This document shows positions 38,837 to 52,400 of a stretch of 64,000 nucleotides of DNA, one piece after another. The stretch comes from Selaginella moellendorffii (Eukaryota; Plantae; Lycopodiophyta). Location: the NCBI RefSeq assembly GCF_000143415.4, contig NW_003314296.1:911645-975644 (forward strand). Direction: 5' to 3'. Position numbers and translations under genes: made by a program. The first letter of the stretch is position 1, and every line of letters starts with the position of its first letter. A model generated the notes under the pieces. The model was not told where the DNA came from, searched no databases, and worked only from the letters and a program-made list of their open reading frames with translations.

Positions 38837-41800
38837 ATGGTGATCGCCTTCAAGCTCAACAAGAATGGATCGCGCTACATGCCCAAGCTGGAGAGGAAGG
38901 ATCCGGCGGCAGCGTCGGCAATTTCGAGAGGCGGAGGCGATGGAGGCAGCAGCAACAATGGAACGAAGCTCAAGCGGGACGAGGTGAGGATTTTGCTTGG
39001 AATTTCCCCCCTTTGGTGCCAAGAGCCGGGTCTGATTATGGTAGATGTTGCGTGGGAAAAACCAGGGAAGCACGACGACTTCCGAGGGAGAGGATTCCCA
39101 TTGTGGTAAGGAAATTTCTCTTTCTCTCTGACTCACTTCTCATTGTGCTGTTGCTTAGATAATTTTGATCCATCGTTTTCTGTGAATTTATTTCCTGATG
39201 GATTCTCGATTGGAAAGCCCACTGAGGACGGAAAGCCTCCTCCATTTGGATACGAGCTTCCAGAGCTTGTCTATCCATATGATCGCACAAGTGATAGCTT
39301 CCTAAGGGTATTGCCGATTTATTTATTTTTCTCTCAAGAGCTTTTCATGGAATTTTTTTGTGTACCAGGCAATTGATTGTGGATGGCTTCCCAGTGAAAT
39401 GCTGGAAGACATTCCCTGCACATATATGGATGGCTGCGTTGCTTGCGAGGTCAGTCAGCCATCTTGGATTGGTTTTGGTGTTCTACTAACAAAACATTTT
39501 CCAGTTAAGGGATTATCGGGACAGTGTACCCTCGACTTTTGCAAGGCAGGAACTGATAAACTGGAAGCCAAAAGTGCATAAAGTCTTACTTCGTCCATCT
39601 ACGGAGACAATTGTCAAGGACGTCGTCGCCATGAGCGATGAAACATGGTCTTACAGGGATCTTCTGGTACGCATTTGGTTGTTTGGAACATGATGATCAC
39701 TTTGATGGTGCAGGAAGTGGAATCAAAAGTACTGAAAGCAGTGAAGCCATCTCTTTGTCTTGATCCTTCACCAGCGGTTGCTGCCAGAGCTCATGTTCAT
39801 ACATACAATCGGGTAGAGTTTTTGTTTCAAAATTGTCCTAGCATCCTCTTTACAAGTTTTGTCATTTTCTTGCAGCTGAAATTCAACATCGGCCTTGGAT
39901 CTCGCCGTTATAGGACTTCTAAAACTGCACTGATGGATAGGCGTGTTCGTTTGGCCGCTACAAGGTCTTTGCTAAGACACGAAAGCTTTAAAAGCCCCGA
40001 CAAAGTAGACACGCCTGCAGGGGAGACAAAGTCGGACCACTCTGTGGAAATCATTCAGGATCTGGCCGCCGGTGGCGTGCAATCGAAAATTACAAACGCT
40101 TCTCAGCCACCAGCGCCTCCACCTCTATTATACGACGTTCTTGGGAAGAGAGAAAGGGAGCCGGTCGTGAAGCTGGAAGCAAATAAGAAACCGAAACCTG
40201 CAGCCTTTGATTTCAAGAATGCCAGGAAAGATGACATGTTCAAGTGGAAGAGTGCAGCCTATCAGAACAAAGCAGCTGCGTCAAAAGCTACTGGAAACAT
40301 GGCTTCGCCAAATGTGAACAGCCCGAGCACTCCAGTGAAAAGTCCAGGACCCGTCAAAATTGAGCAGCCTCATGTTTATCAGCCACAGCCACCTCAGGTT
40401 CCTCCAGTTCCGGCATCTGTTCCAGTTTCAGTTCCACTTTCGGCTCCTGTCGCTGCTCCAACTCCGGAAAGGGAGGCTTTGGATAGGCTTTCTCTTTTGG
40501 TTTCGTCCATTCAAAGGTGCCTTGCTTTTCCTTGTTTACTTAGTGGCACTAAGCCTGTTTTGCAGACACGGTTTGCATAAGAGGGAAAAGAAGGTTGATC
40601 AGCCTCCACAGCCATCGACGAAGACGCCTTCTTGGCAGTTGCTGTCTGTGGCACTGGCGGACACATCGGATGACTACCAAGAGCCTAAAGGGAAGAAAAG
40701 TCTGGCTAATTCTCTGGTGGCTGGTAATGTCAACGGAAAGAAAACTCGTTGTCTAATGTTTGAGCGGACGGAACGTTTTTACCAAAGTAAGTACCAAAGT
40801 AAGTTCATTTCCAGGTTTATGATCACCTGCTGATATAGTTTGTGGAGCAGTGCTGGGAGGTCAAACGTATCCAGTCATTGTACACACTACAAAGCTGAGG
40901 CTTCTACTTTGCGGGCGTGCCAAGGACCCCATGGTCGAAGCTGTTGTACAGATAGATGACGGCCAAGAAGATGACGTAAATAATGCCCAACTTCCATATA
41001 CTGTTCTTCCAACAATACCTAACGCGGTAAGTTGCTATGGTTTCTTGAAATGAGACTGACCTCTACTTTTGTTTACAATGCAGGACATGGCAGACCTTTT
41101 TGCCAAGCAATACATAGATACGGTAACTATTTGTTTTCATTTTGGAGCCAAGTTCTGACTGTTAGATTGAAATATTAGCTCGAAAAGGAAGGTTTTGTAC
41201 TGATGGACGACAATATACAAGCTCCGTCGGGTCCCCGTGGTTCCGCAACAATGACCGCAGCTATGGCTCGGCCCATGCCCGCTGGAGCGTCAACCTTTGG
41301 TCAGCAGCAGCTAGCTTCTCCACGGATGATGATGAGCCAGCAGATGGCTCAGATGCAGCAGCAGATGTCCGCAGGCGGAGCCATGGCAGCAGCTGCGAGA
41401 ATGCCACCTCCAAACATGGCGGGCAACCGACTTGCATACAACTTGCCTCAGTCAACAGCCGCTAAACCACTGCAGCAAATCGACTCGCAGCTTGTAGCTC
41501 AGCAACAGCAGCAAATGCATTTGCAGCAACAGCAACAGTTCCAGCAGAGGCCGCAACTTATGAACCAGATCACGTCGCAGCTGCCAGGATCAATGATGCC
41601 GTACCAGCTCATTCGCAACAATCCCGCTCTACAACGGAAAGTTATGCTCCAGAACAGCATGGGGAGTATCGGGCCTGGACAAGCCAACCTCAACATGGTG
41701 GGGATGAATCCCATGAACAACGTGCCTGGCATGGGTGGGATTGGCAACATTGGCGCGGCTGGAATATCGGGACTGGGCATGGGACAGGTTCCAAACTTAA

Positions 41801-42237
41801 TGAACCAGCAGCTCCGTCCGGGCAACATGACTCACGCTCAAGCACAGTATATGCAGCAAAAGCGCTTCGCGGCCGCGGGGAGAGCTCCTCGGCTCATGGG
41901 GAACAGCATGACCGCGGGCCTCGGTACGACGGGGGGATTGAATATGCTGGCATCACAGCGGGGGAACTTGGGTGTTATGCGAGGCGCTGTGCCGAGTCCG
42001 GGCATGGGACCTCCGAAAACGCCAGCTTCCAACATGGCTGCGCAGTATTATATGAACCAGCAGCTCCTACAACACCAGCAGCAGCAGCAACAGCAACAAC
42101 AAGCCGCCGCACAACAGCAGCAGTTTAATCAGCAGCAGCAGCAGCTCCAACAGCAGACGCCACAACAGCAGCAGCAGCAGCAGCACTTGAATGCTCAGCA
42201 ACTAAACACGCAGCAGCCACAGCAGCAGCAACAACAA

Positions 42238-42269
<32 letters not shown>

Positions 42270-42804
42270 GCAATTGACACAGATGACTTCCCAGCAACAG
42301 ATGGCAGTGAATTCTCTACAACCAGTCGGACAGCCGCTAAACCATCCCAGTCCACAGCAGCAGCTGGCACAAGCGCAGCTCACGAGCGTTCCACAAGTAA
42401 CAGGCCTTTCTCAACAGCATCTCATCAACCAGCAGCAGCAGCAGCTCCAGCAGCAGCTAACTCCCCAGCAGCAACAGCAACATTCCCAGCAGCAGCAGCA
42501 GCAGCAACTAAGTTCTCAAGCACAACTTAGCTCTCAAGCACAGGTTCTCAACGCCCTACTCTCCTCGCAAGTTGGGACGAACAGTGGTGGAGGAGGGGCC
42601 GCGTTCTCGGTTGGAACTCCACTGGCTGGAACTCCAGGGATGGTGGGAACTCCAGGCATGGTTGGAACTCCGACTCCTTCGAGCCCGCAAGTGAGCTCAC
42701 AGACGATTGGATCCGCGGCTGGTGCTAGTGCTACGATCCCGAGCTCGCCGATGGAGATCAACCAAGTTCGAGCTTCTCCATCACCAGCGCAAACGTCGTC
42801 CTAG
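38837..42804 (+). CDS. PHL: Spt20-domain protein, PHYTOCHROME-DEPENDENT LATE-FLOWERING-like
   Basis: MVIAFKLNKNGSRYMPK; SFSVNLFPDGFSIGKP; YPYDRTS..IDCGWLP..LEDIPCTYMDGCVACE; Q/M/G-rich C-terminus. Confidence 0.8.
42075..42510 (+). repeat. CAG/CAA polyglutamine tracts within PHL
   Basis: Multiple (CAG)n runs, up to ~19 consecutive Q. Confidence 0.9.
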
Positions 42805-42907
42805 ACAAGGAATTTTTTCTCTAACAGTGTTTCTCTACAGATAAACGTTTCCAACGATAGAAATAGACACGTTAAGTAACCCTTTTTTAGGGGCTTAGGG
42901 CTTGGCT

Positions 42908-44635
42908 ATGGCGGACGATCGCGCGCTCTTGTGCTGCTCCTTCAACCAAGATCGCAGGTAGGGGGACTCTTGCGGGCGGATTTTCTCGGGATTTAGCTCT
43001 TGTCTTGCTTGGCAGCTGCTTCTCTGTTGGAACCAGCGAAGGATACAAGATTTTCAATTGCGACACTTGTAGTTGCGTCTACGAGAAACGTGAGGGAATG
43101 TTTTCTCTTTCGTTTATCTCCTGCTTGATTCTCGCTTGTTCTTCCAGTCGATGGAGCTGTGAATCTCATCGAGATGTTTTTCACGACGAGTCTCTTGGCT
43201 TTGGTTGGAGCTGGCAAACAGGCACTGGAAAAAAAAAAATTCCTTCTAATTTCTGGCATTAGCATGCGGTGATATTTGTTTCTTCTTTCTTGCAGCCTGA
43301 GCTATCGCCTCGAAGGCTCTTTATTTTAAACACAGCAACGCAAGTGAAGCGTGCAGTGGATTTCGTTTCATCGGTTCTGGCCGTGCGTTGGAACAAGAAA
43401 CGGTGAGCAAAAGCATTTGTTCTGTCAAGATCTTCACAGTCCTTGCGCAGGATAGTTATTGTTTTGGATAGGAAGGTCCACATTAACGAGCTTCCTCACT
43501 TGAATTGCCTCCAGATCCTTGACACTGCTGAAAACAGGAAAGGTAGTTCCTTGTTCTCTTTTCTCATACTTGTTTTGACTAGTGCCATGAAAAGCTTGTT
43601 GCAGGCGTCTGTGCGTTTTCTTCCAACACAGAGAATTGCTACCTTGCATTACCAGCGAGCTCTACAACAGGGACGGTGTTTGTGTATGACACTCTACACT
43701 TGAACGCATTGGGCGAAGTTAGTGGCTTTCTGTGCATTGTTTTTGTTTGTTATTCTCATGAGAAACATCTCATTTCTGATCAGTTTCAAGCTCACAAATC
43801 GCCCCTGGCTGCCATGGCATTCACCCCAGACGGTTTGCTCCTCGCAACAGCATCAGATCATGGGACAGTAATTCGTGTCCATGTTATTCCGCAAGCAAGC
43901 AAGGTTTAGTTTTAGTTATCTCGTTTCTTACTTTCCTTAGTTTTCTCAAAACAGGCATTTACCTTTCGAAGAGGGAGCTACGCAGCTACGATATATTCAT
44001 TGTCGTTTGGGCCGCAGTCTCTGTCTCCCCAGTTGCTGGCTGCCACGAGCTCATCAGGAACGCTACATGTTTTCAGGCTTTGCTCGCCTCCTGCAAGACA
44101 AGGGTAATTATGGTAGGCTTACAGAATCGAGCATTTCCTTCACTTTTGTGTTACTCACCCTTTTGTTTTTCTACTTTTGCTAGAACGAATAAGAGGGTCT
44201 CGGATCTTCTGGCGGCAGTGATCCCAGAAACTGTAAGCGACATTGTGGAACCGGATCTTCATTTTGCCACTGTGAGGCACGGCTTCAGTCCAGGAGTTAA
44301 AAGGTAAACGTTACCAACACTTTGTCATAATACATCACTAAGTTCGTGCTTTTCTTTCGTTTTTTACTTGATACAGTATTTGTGCAATAGCAGCACCACT
44401 AGAGGAAGAGTTACCATCTTCTTCATCAGCAGACAGGTATCAATTTAGAACTTATGGATGTTTAAGCTTTTATGATATTTAATTTTGCAGGGCACGAATC
44501 TTTGTGGTTACTTTGAATGGGTTTTTCAATGAATATCAGGTGAGTAGCACTCCAAATGGAGGAGTGTGTTCCTTGGAGCGTGAGTGTAGCCTCATGACAA
44601 CTGGCTCTGATCAGATATCTGCACGCTTTGTCTGA
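42908..44635 (+). CDS. ATG18: Autophagy-related protein 18 (ATG18b-like PROPPIN)
   Basis: SFNQD..LSPRRL..AHKSPLAAMAF..LATASDHGTVIRV..FRRG; many short introns; stop at 44635. Confidence 0.9.
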
Positions 44636-46402
44636 ATGTGAGAATGTTCTATTCTTTACACATGTACAATGTTATGCTCATTAAATTAAAAATTGTTAAT
44701 TGCTTTACTATTTAAACTCTCAGAAAACTGAATTTAAACACTTCTCTGCATCAAATATAGAAAGAGTACATGGAATATAAAAATGGAATACAAAAATGTG
44801 CATATCAATTAGTTTAAAACTTTAGTTTATATTATACATAAGGATAAATGGTCCAAATTGATACCAATCTAATGGTTATTAAAATCCCACTATATTAATA
44901 TTAATGTACGATCATTATACACTTCCCCTCCTTTGGGAAGGATGGAAGGTAATCAGGGTTTTTTAATTGACGGGCCAGGATCTTGAGAAGCATTAGGGGG
45001 AGGTATCAGTGGATTTATAAGTGGTACTAATTGTTTTTTATCCTTTTGTACGAAAAGTTTATTGCATATATATTGCATATATATAATTTTTAAAAGATCA
45101 GCTTATTGAACATCATATTGAACTTCATAAACTTTCACTCTAACTTCCCTTCCACTAGGCAAGAAGCCCTTTAAACAAATCACATACCATAAGATTAGGA
45201 AAATAGACTAACACTATATCATCCACTTTGTATTTTACAGGTAGATGATGATAGAATTTATAACATTGTTATTGTCCCATTTATTTGTGGCTCAAGTGTT
45301 CAATGTACTCTACTCGAATAAGTGGAAGAATGTTTATTAAATACTGATCCCAAAACTTAATATTGCTAGCTCGTGACAATCATGAAGGTAAACTTAACTC
45401 CATTAGTAATATTGGATCATATAACTATATAAGAGTTTATATGGTGAAGCACTAACAAAACTCTATACCCCTATGACATATATATATCAAAGAGATGGCA
45501 AATAACCATCTTAATCCGAATACTGAAAGTTCACATACTTCATGATTATCTTTTTTAAAGTTCAAATAAGTTATTCCATGAAACCATTTATCAATAGATG
45601 ATAAGTATAGCCATAAATGCGAGACTGTTATCCGAAAGAATCCACTCCAAATAGAAATGCTGGAACACCACTCGATTAAGGAGAAAGTATCTAACAACAG
45701 TTGCAGACACACTAACAAAAGCATTGATATCCACCTAGCGAATCAAGTAGTCAAAAGCTAGCTACCCATAAAAAAGTCCCCATCAGATCAAATGCCACCA
45801 ACTCAAACAAACACATTTGACTCCAACCATCCTTTTGCAACACAAGAGGGAGTATTACGAACTTAGCATTAAATGTATTACACACATGCTAAAGAGCATT
45901 TTGTCCCATCTCCAACCAATGGAAAGACATATGCAACTTTTTAGTCACATTATCTCATATACCTGCCTAAAATAGGATAATCATAGTAAGTATGGAGAAA
46001 ATGTAGAATAAGGATCAAAGGCACCACCAACTGTAAATGATCATTAGGATCCATCCTCACAAAAAAAAAAAAGGTCATCCTTAAGATGATATTGAGAATA
46101 TAAATGCCGAAATGGCAAGTTATCAGCAAGTGATGCAAAATTCTTAAACCCATCACCAAGCCTTTGGATCCATGGCTTAATTTTTTGAGCCTCATGAACT
46201 TCGTCAAAAGAAGGTAAATTTTGTTCTAGACATTGTGGATATCGAACATCAAGTATAGCAACTACTGATGGCATGCAATCCTCATCTAGAAAATTCAAAA
46301 ATATTAGAATAATAGGCTTCTTAGAAACATGATAAAAAAGCAAAGAAGGAAGAGGAGTTCAAGAAAAGATGTCAACATCAATTATAGAATTTCTCAGATA
46401 AT

Positions 46403-49400
46403 TGTAGCATACGTGGTTTTTACCCTTTATCCTATGGTGAATTACCATAGGATAACACCATGAAGTGGAACCTAAACACTCCATGTGCCACATGTTATAT
46501 GCCATGTGTCACATGCCACGTGTCCATAGGATAGTGGTGTGGAACCCGAGGTTTAGGGCCTTGGGCAACTGAACGAAGGAATGGTGCCAAACTCCCAAGC
46601 ATAGAGCCAAGGGGTGACAAAACCAGACCATGGAACAACTCCCAAGCATACAACCCAAGGAGCAAAGGGACAAGAGCCCGGAGCGATTTGGAACAGTCCT
46701 GGAGCAACCAACATCCCAATGCTAGGATCAGCATACAAAACGGAGCCAAATGGAGTCTGACGCTATTTCGGCATATCGGTGGCTTAACGCAAGGACATGG
46801 GTATTCCACCAGCTAGCATGGTGTGGAACTTAGGCTTAAACCCAAGCCGGATGCAGAACAATGACATGCACGCAAGCGGGAGCTAGACTATGCCTCAAGT
46901 TGGTTGGCCATGCCCAACCTACCCACTATCCCTACTATACATTGGAACCCCCCATATCCCCCCCCCCTGAGGAACACACACTTTGGGCTTTCACCCCAAG
47001 CCTCCCTTAGTATTAGGAGTTAGTCTTTGGGAGAAGTTTGAAACATACTAAATATGGAATGTCTTTAGATTACGAATTTGGACATGGGACGAACACCATT
47101 GTGTTTAGGACAATCTCTACTTTTACTGCCACGACAACAGGAGGTCGGTATTGTTGGACTTGTTATCAGTCTCTACCTAAGCTAGTTGAAAAACTGGTCT
47201 TTGCATGTGCACTTGACCAAATGAGCATAAGGAAGGAATTCCTAAGTGTTTATTAGTCAAGCATACTTGACCTGGTTAGAAAAATTCATTTATTGACTTG
47301 CACTTACTAGTGTTAGGAACCCCTGCGATATTGAGATTGGTCCCTCAATGCTAGATGATAACTTACCATGTCTGCCAAACACCCTCGCTATCATGCCTTT
47401 TGTGTTAGTTTCATTTTGGTCCCAAATGCTATTTATGAAAAGTGTCCAAATTTGCTCATTTAGCATATCTACAAAAGAAAGAGTGTTTGTAAGGATTGGT
47501 CAACAAGTAACTTTTGATACTTGAAATTCATGACACTCTCCCCCCCTAAGGAAGATCGACGTCCTCATTGATGCATACTCGAGTTTAGAATACTGCCAAA
47601 GTGTAGCGCATGTGATCATGGGATGAGATTTGGATATACTGTCACCGTGGATCCTTGGAACCTTGGGGGATAAATGGGGATAAAATAGCCACTAAGGGCT
47701 CTCTCATCAAGCAATTGCCCCTTTTCCAGTTGGCTTAAGGGGAGAGAGATAAGGTGCGCTACAGTTGGTATCAGAGAAAATGGCACGGGTTCGATTCCCA
47801 TTGATTAGTGGCTACCTAAAATATAATATACCCTTGAGCAAGGTATATTCCTACCCCTAAATTTGAAAAATCGTATGTATTGGGCATCCATGCGTATGTC
47901 CTTCCTCTTGTGTGGAGTATCCACAGACGAAGGTATCCACCGTGGGACTGCAGTACGGGTGGATGACTAGTTGCCTCACATGGAATAGCTAATCTACACA
48001 ATGGAAGAATTGGTAGATTGAGTGCGGAAATGGAGGTGCTGGTTCCCCTTGGCTCAGTAGGGGTTGCTAGTCAATAGTCAATGAGGACATTGACATCTCT
48101 GAAGGGGGGGTGAGTGTAGCGCATGTGATCATGGGATGAGATTTGGATATACTGTCACCGTGGATCCTTGGAACCTTGGGGGATAAATGGGGATAAAATA
48201 GCCACTAAGGGCTCTCTCATCAAGCAATTGCCCCTTTTCCAGTTGGCTTAAGGGGAGAGAGATAAGGTGCGCTACACAAAGAAACAACTCCAGAAAAAGT
48301 TCATGGTATTCACACTATGTGATAAATGCACCAACTTAAATAAGTTAGGAGGCAACCTCTTTGTCTAACGCAGATGCGCTATCAACTCAGACACCTTCCA
48401 GCCATCGCCAACAAGGAAATGACCAACAGAGGTAGCCACCCTTGCTGCTCTGGGTGTCACCCAGCTTACCAAAGTGTGATACGCCTTTGCCCGCAAGGAC
48501 ATAGAGAGAAAAGCCAGAAGCCCCAACCCTCCTGAGCAAATAAACCAAACCCGTCGGTAAGGTTTAGATAAACTACTGTAAATAGGCAGTTAGAGTTGTT
48601 TACAAGGTCACACCCTTTTAACGGAATAAGGAACATCGACAAAGAGGCGGGTGATGTGACCAGTTGACAGTAGCTACCCCATGACTAAAAATTTCACCAT
48701 GCACATGAAGTGTTGAAGCTAGTCTGCCTATACTAGCCCAAACTTAAAGATCAATAGATGGACAATATCAAAGTCATAGACAACGATATCTTAGAGTCTT
48801 AATTATCAGTGAATAAATCTTAGATCAGAACACAAAAGTATTCCAAGTAAGTTATCATCCGATAAACCAGTATGATAATATAGGAACCATCAAGATCATC
48901 ATTTTTGGAAACATAGGATTCACCATCTAACAAAATTCAATAGCTAGTGTATTATTAAGGACACTCAATGACAAAACTTAACTATCAAAGATTGCAGATA
49001 AAATGTCAACAACTTACAAAAGATAACTTAAAGAACACAAGGTAACATTGACTGGCAAGCAAAATGCTCGCGAATGTATCACCCAAAAGAAATAACATTT
49101 AAATCTATTAGAACCAACTTGAGCAACAATCAATAGAACAGAATGAATGTGGTAAGACCAACAAACACTCGTTTATGCCAATTATTACACTAACCAATCT
49201 GAATAAATTCCGGTCAATAATACCAAGGAACTAGAGTTGCTCAAGCAAGCGTTAGCAACATCCTACCGATGTTTTAAACCCAAAAGACTAATCCAAAATA
49301 AACCACAAAGAACATATGGTATGCAAAAAGCCATAAGCCATAAAAAAAAACAATTAATTATCATAAAAGAACATCAATCATCCCACCAATGAAGAGATAC

Positions 49401-52400
49401 ATAATCATCATCGAAGAAAGAATTTACCATCCTGAAAAACGGCAAATCATTTTATACCAACAATAATTAAGCAAAACCTTTGACAAGGATAATCAACCAT
49501 TCTAGATGATAGTCAATCATTATCAATGATTGCTAGATGCAAAAACTAATTTCAACATCGAAGCTAATAAGCCAAAATGTCTTTCCCAACAACTCTTAGC
49601 AAATGAAATAATAAGTATAAAACTCAAAGAACCAAAAACTTGAAGAAGTCTATAGCCAAGTCGTGCTTAGCAATAATCATAAGTCTCACATGAACTAACT
49701 TCAATGCTAAAGAAGAAAATCATGGTATAACCCACAATATCCTTCTTAACATATCTATAAGCTAAACTTCATAATGCAAAGCTAATGAAAAACATATATA
49801 CATCAACTCAAAAGCCAAACACAACGAAGTTATACTCAAAAAGTGATCATCAAACCAATCCTTCATAAATCCATCTATAGCAAGACGTAACTCACTTGAT
49901 AACAAGCACAAGAAGAACCATCAATGATTAATATATTTCAACTCAAATCCAATAAAGATTTAAACATTCAAATATTGATCACTAACTCTTCTTCCTATAA
50001 AGCTAGTATAGTTCATGATTGAATCACTTTTCATGGAAAAGCCAAAGCTCAACCATGACTAAGCACTCTCATCTAGAACACAACTAACTCAACTTGCCAC
50101 TTAGTTCATTTGAATATCATAGTTGCTAACTAATAAATGCACAAATGCTAAGAACATAAAGTTATAACCAAATCATCAACACTATCTCCATCAAGACTAA
50201 TGAAACTTAATATCAATCCTATAGAGAGACATCTTATTTCACTTGAATCTCAATATCAACAATGTCAACGACAAGACATTACTTCAATGCCATCAACGCT
50301 AAAACAAAGGTAGAAGAAAGCAAGAGTGAATCACCACTCAAAACTCATTAACAACCAAGCTAACCAAAGTCAAAGATATTTTAATCAATATCCAAGACCA
50401 ATCCTTCAACAAAACTCAATTATAAATTACACATCATCAAAAAGTGATTCACCACATCCAAAACTCAATGAAATCCAACACTAGACTAAATGCATCTAAA
50501 TGATATTGACAGACGTAGAGTCAACATACTAACATGGAAAACTCATGTAAGTCTAATGACATGATCCTCCTCAACAATATTCGGTAAAGTAAGTTTATCA
50601 CTACTAAATCCTCATTGAGTGAAGCAAGTGTCAACAGTTCTCAATGAAGTCTACAAGTAATCACTAATCATAAAGCAACTAACAATCACCTTTCAACTTA
50701 CCTTCACAAAATCTGAATACTAAACTTGTGTCATCGAGTTATATATTTGTCCAACATGAACGTAATACCCTAGGCACGAGATAAAGGTTCATGGATAAGC
50801 ATAAATTACATGACCACTCGAATACAACTCAACCACGATAAACTCATTAATACATTTAGCCACTAGTTTTGAGCATGCCTTGAAAAGGTTAGCTATGCAT
50901 GACCAACATTTAGTCAAAACTAAAGTGAAGACCATGAAATGGACTCACATCGGTACACAACTTCCTCATAGACAAAACTATAGTACGGGTATCAACATCT
51001 CAACCTCAAATAACTAAGTTGGACATCACCATCTTTAGCCAAGGCGCAGAGCCACCAAGACCAAATCAAGATCAGTGAGAGCTTACTACTCTCATAGAGT
51101 TTAACGAAATGCAAGGTGTAACCTGCCACCAAGCACAACGCTACAAAAGAAAGGCACAAAGGTCACCTTTCTAAAAAAGCACAACAGCCACTTTTCTATA
51201 CCAACTCTAGATTCTATTCAACTCAATTTCCTTAGCCCCAAAAGTCAGCATCCCTTTCCAAGCTACATCATACAAACTACCTACCAAGGTTTAATCTAAC
51301 CAAAGTCAAATCCAACCCCTTCACTAGTTTGTATTGGCTTTTGAAAATGGAATGGTTTTCGAGCAAAGTGATTAACAAATCAGCTATTGGAAAAGTCTAA
51401 GAAAATTTGTGGAAAATTTTCCATCCTAAAGAAAGAATGACTCTCAGAATGTAAAGTTTCAAGACTCAACCAACTTCCTCCAACTCGCAACTTCACATAG
51501 GTTCACCTTAACATAAATTCTCGAGACACATAGTATGCTTAGGTATTGAACATCATGCCCATATTTTTAATATCCAACACCAATATTTGCAAAATGCAAA
51601 ATGAATATCTAAGTTTAATCACAAAGACCATATCTTCAAATATCCACATTGCACTAACACTCTTCTTCAATCACGTTCAAAATCCAATGTAAAGCCAAAA
51701 CATTAACAAGAAAAAAAATGACATGGAAAATCAAGCAACCAAACTCAAAACTAATCCAACACCAAGCTACTAATAAAGCAATAGCAAGGTTCCCTAGAAA
51801 AGAATTGAGCATTGCAACTTAAGTTTTCCAATAACAAGCTTAAATAAAATGGTTTAGCGTTCACCGCTATCCATCCCACGACTCACCACTTGCAAAACCA
51901 TCATTTTCAACATGTATCAAGGTAGGGACTTTTGATTGCATAATGTGAATACAAGCAATGAGTTAACACCTCGTTGAAAATCATCTCTCCAAGAAGAAAA
52001 AATAATTTACGTATTTGATCCTTCATTCCTGATGACTCTTTTTTCAGTCTCATCTTTGACTAAACCTCAAGCTTGCTTTCATACTGCCTTCAGTTCAATC
52101 CAAGAAAAGTTTATGAAAGAGCACGGCAATAATTCCTTGAATCAATAGACTCATCCCTATAATCTTGATTGATCCACTTATAATCATGCCTAGGAAGGAT
52201 TCACTAGTGCCATGCTAAACAACTATGGATCAGCCTATTTGCCACTCATAGCAAACCTAGGGAAGGTTTACTTTCACCCATGGTACATGGAACAACTCAT
52301 GGAACCACTGATATGGTAACATTAATCTTGCTAACTCAAAGTGTAACCTCGAGTTGCTAATGTGCCTTACTCATGAGCCCAAGTGAAAACTCATGCAAAT

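Noticed and set aside
42125-42383. Poly-Cys and poly-Ala ORFs
   Set aside because: Antisense reading of the CAG tract in PHL.
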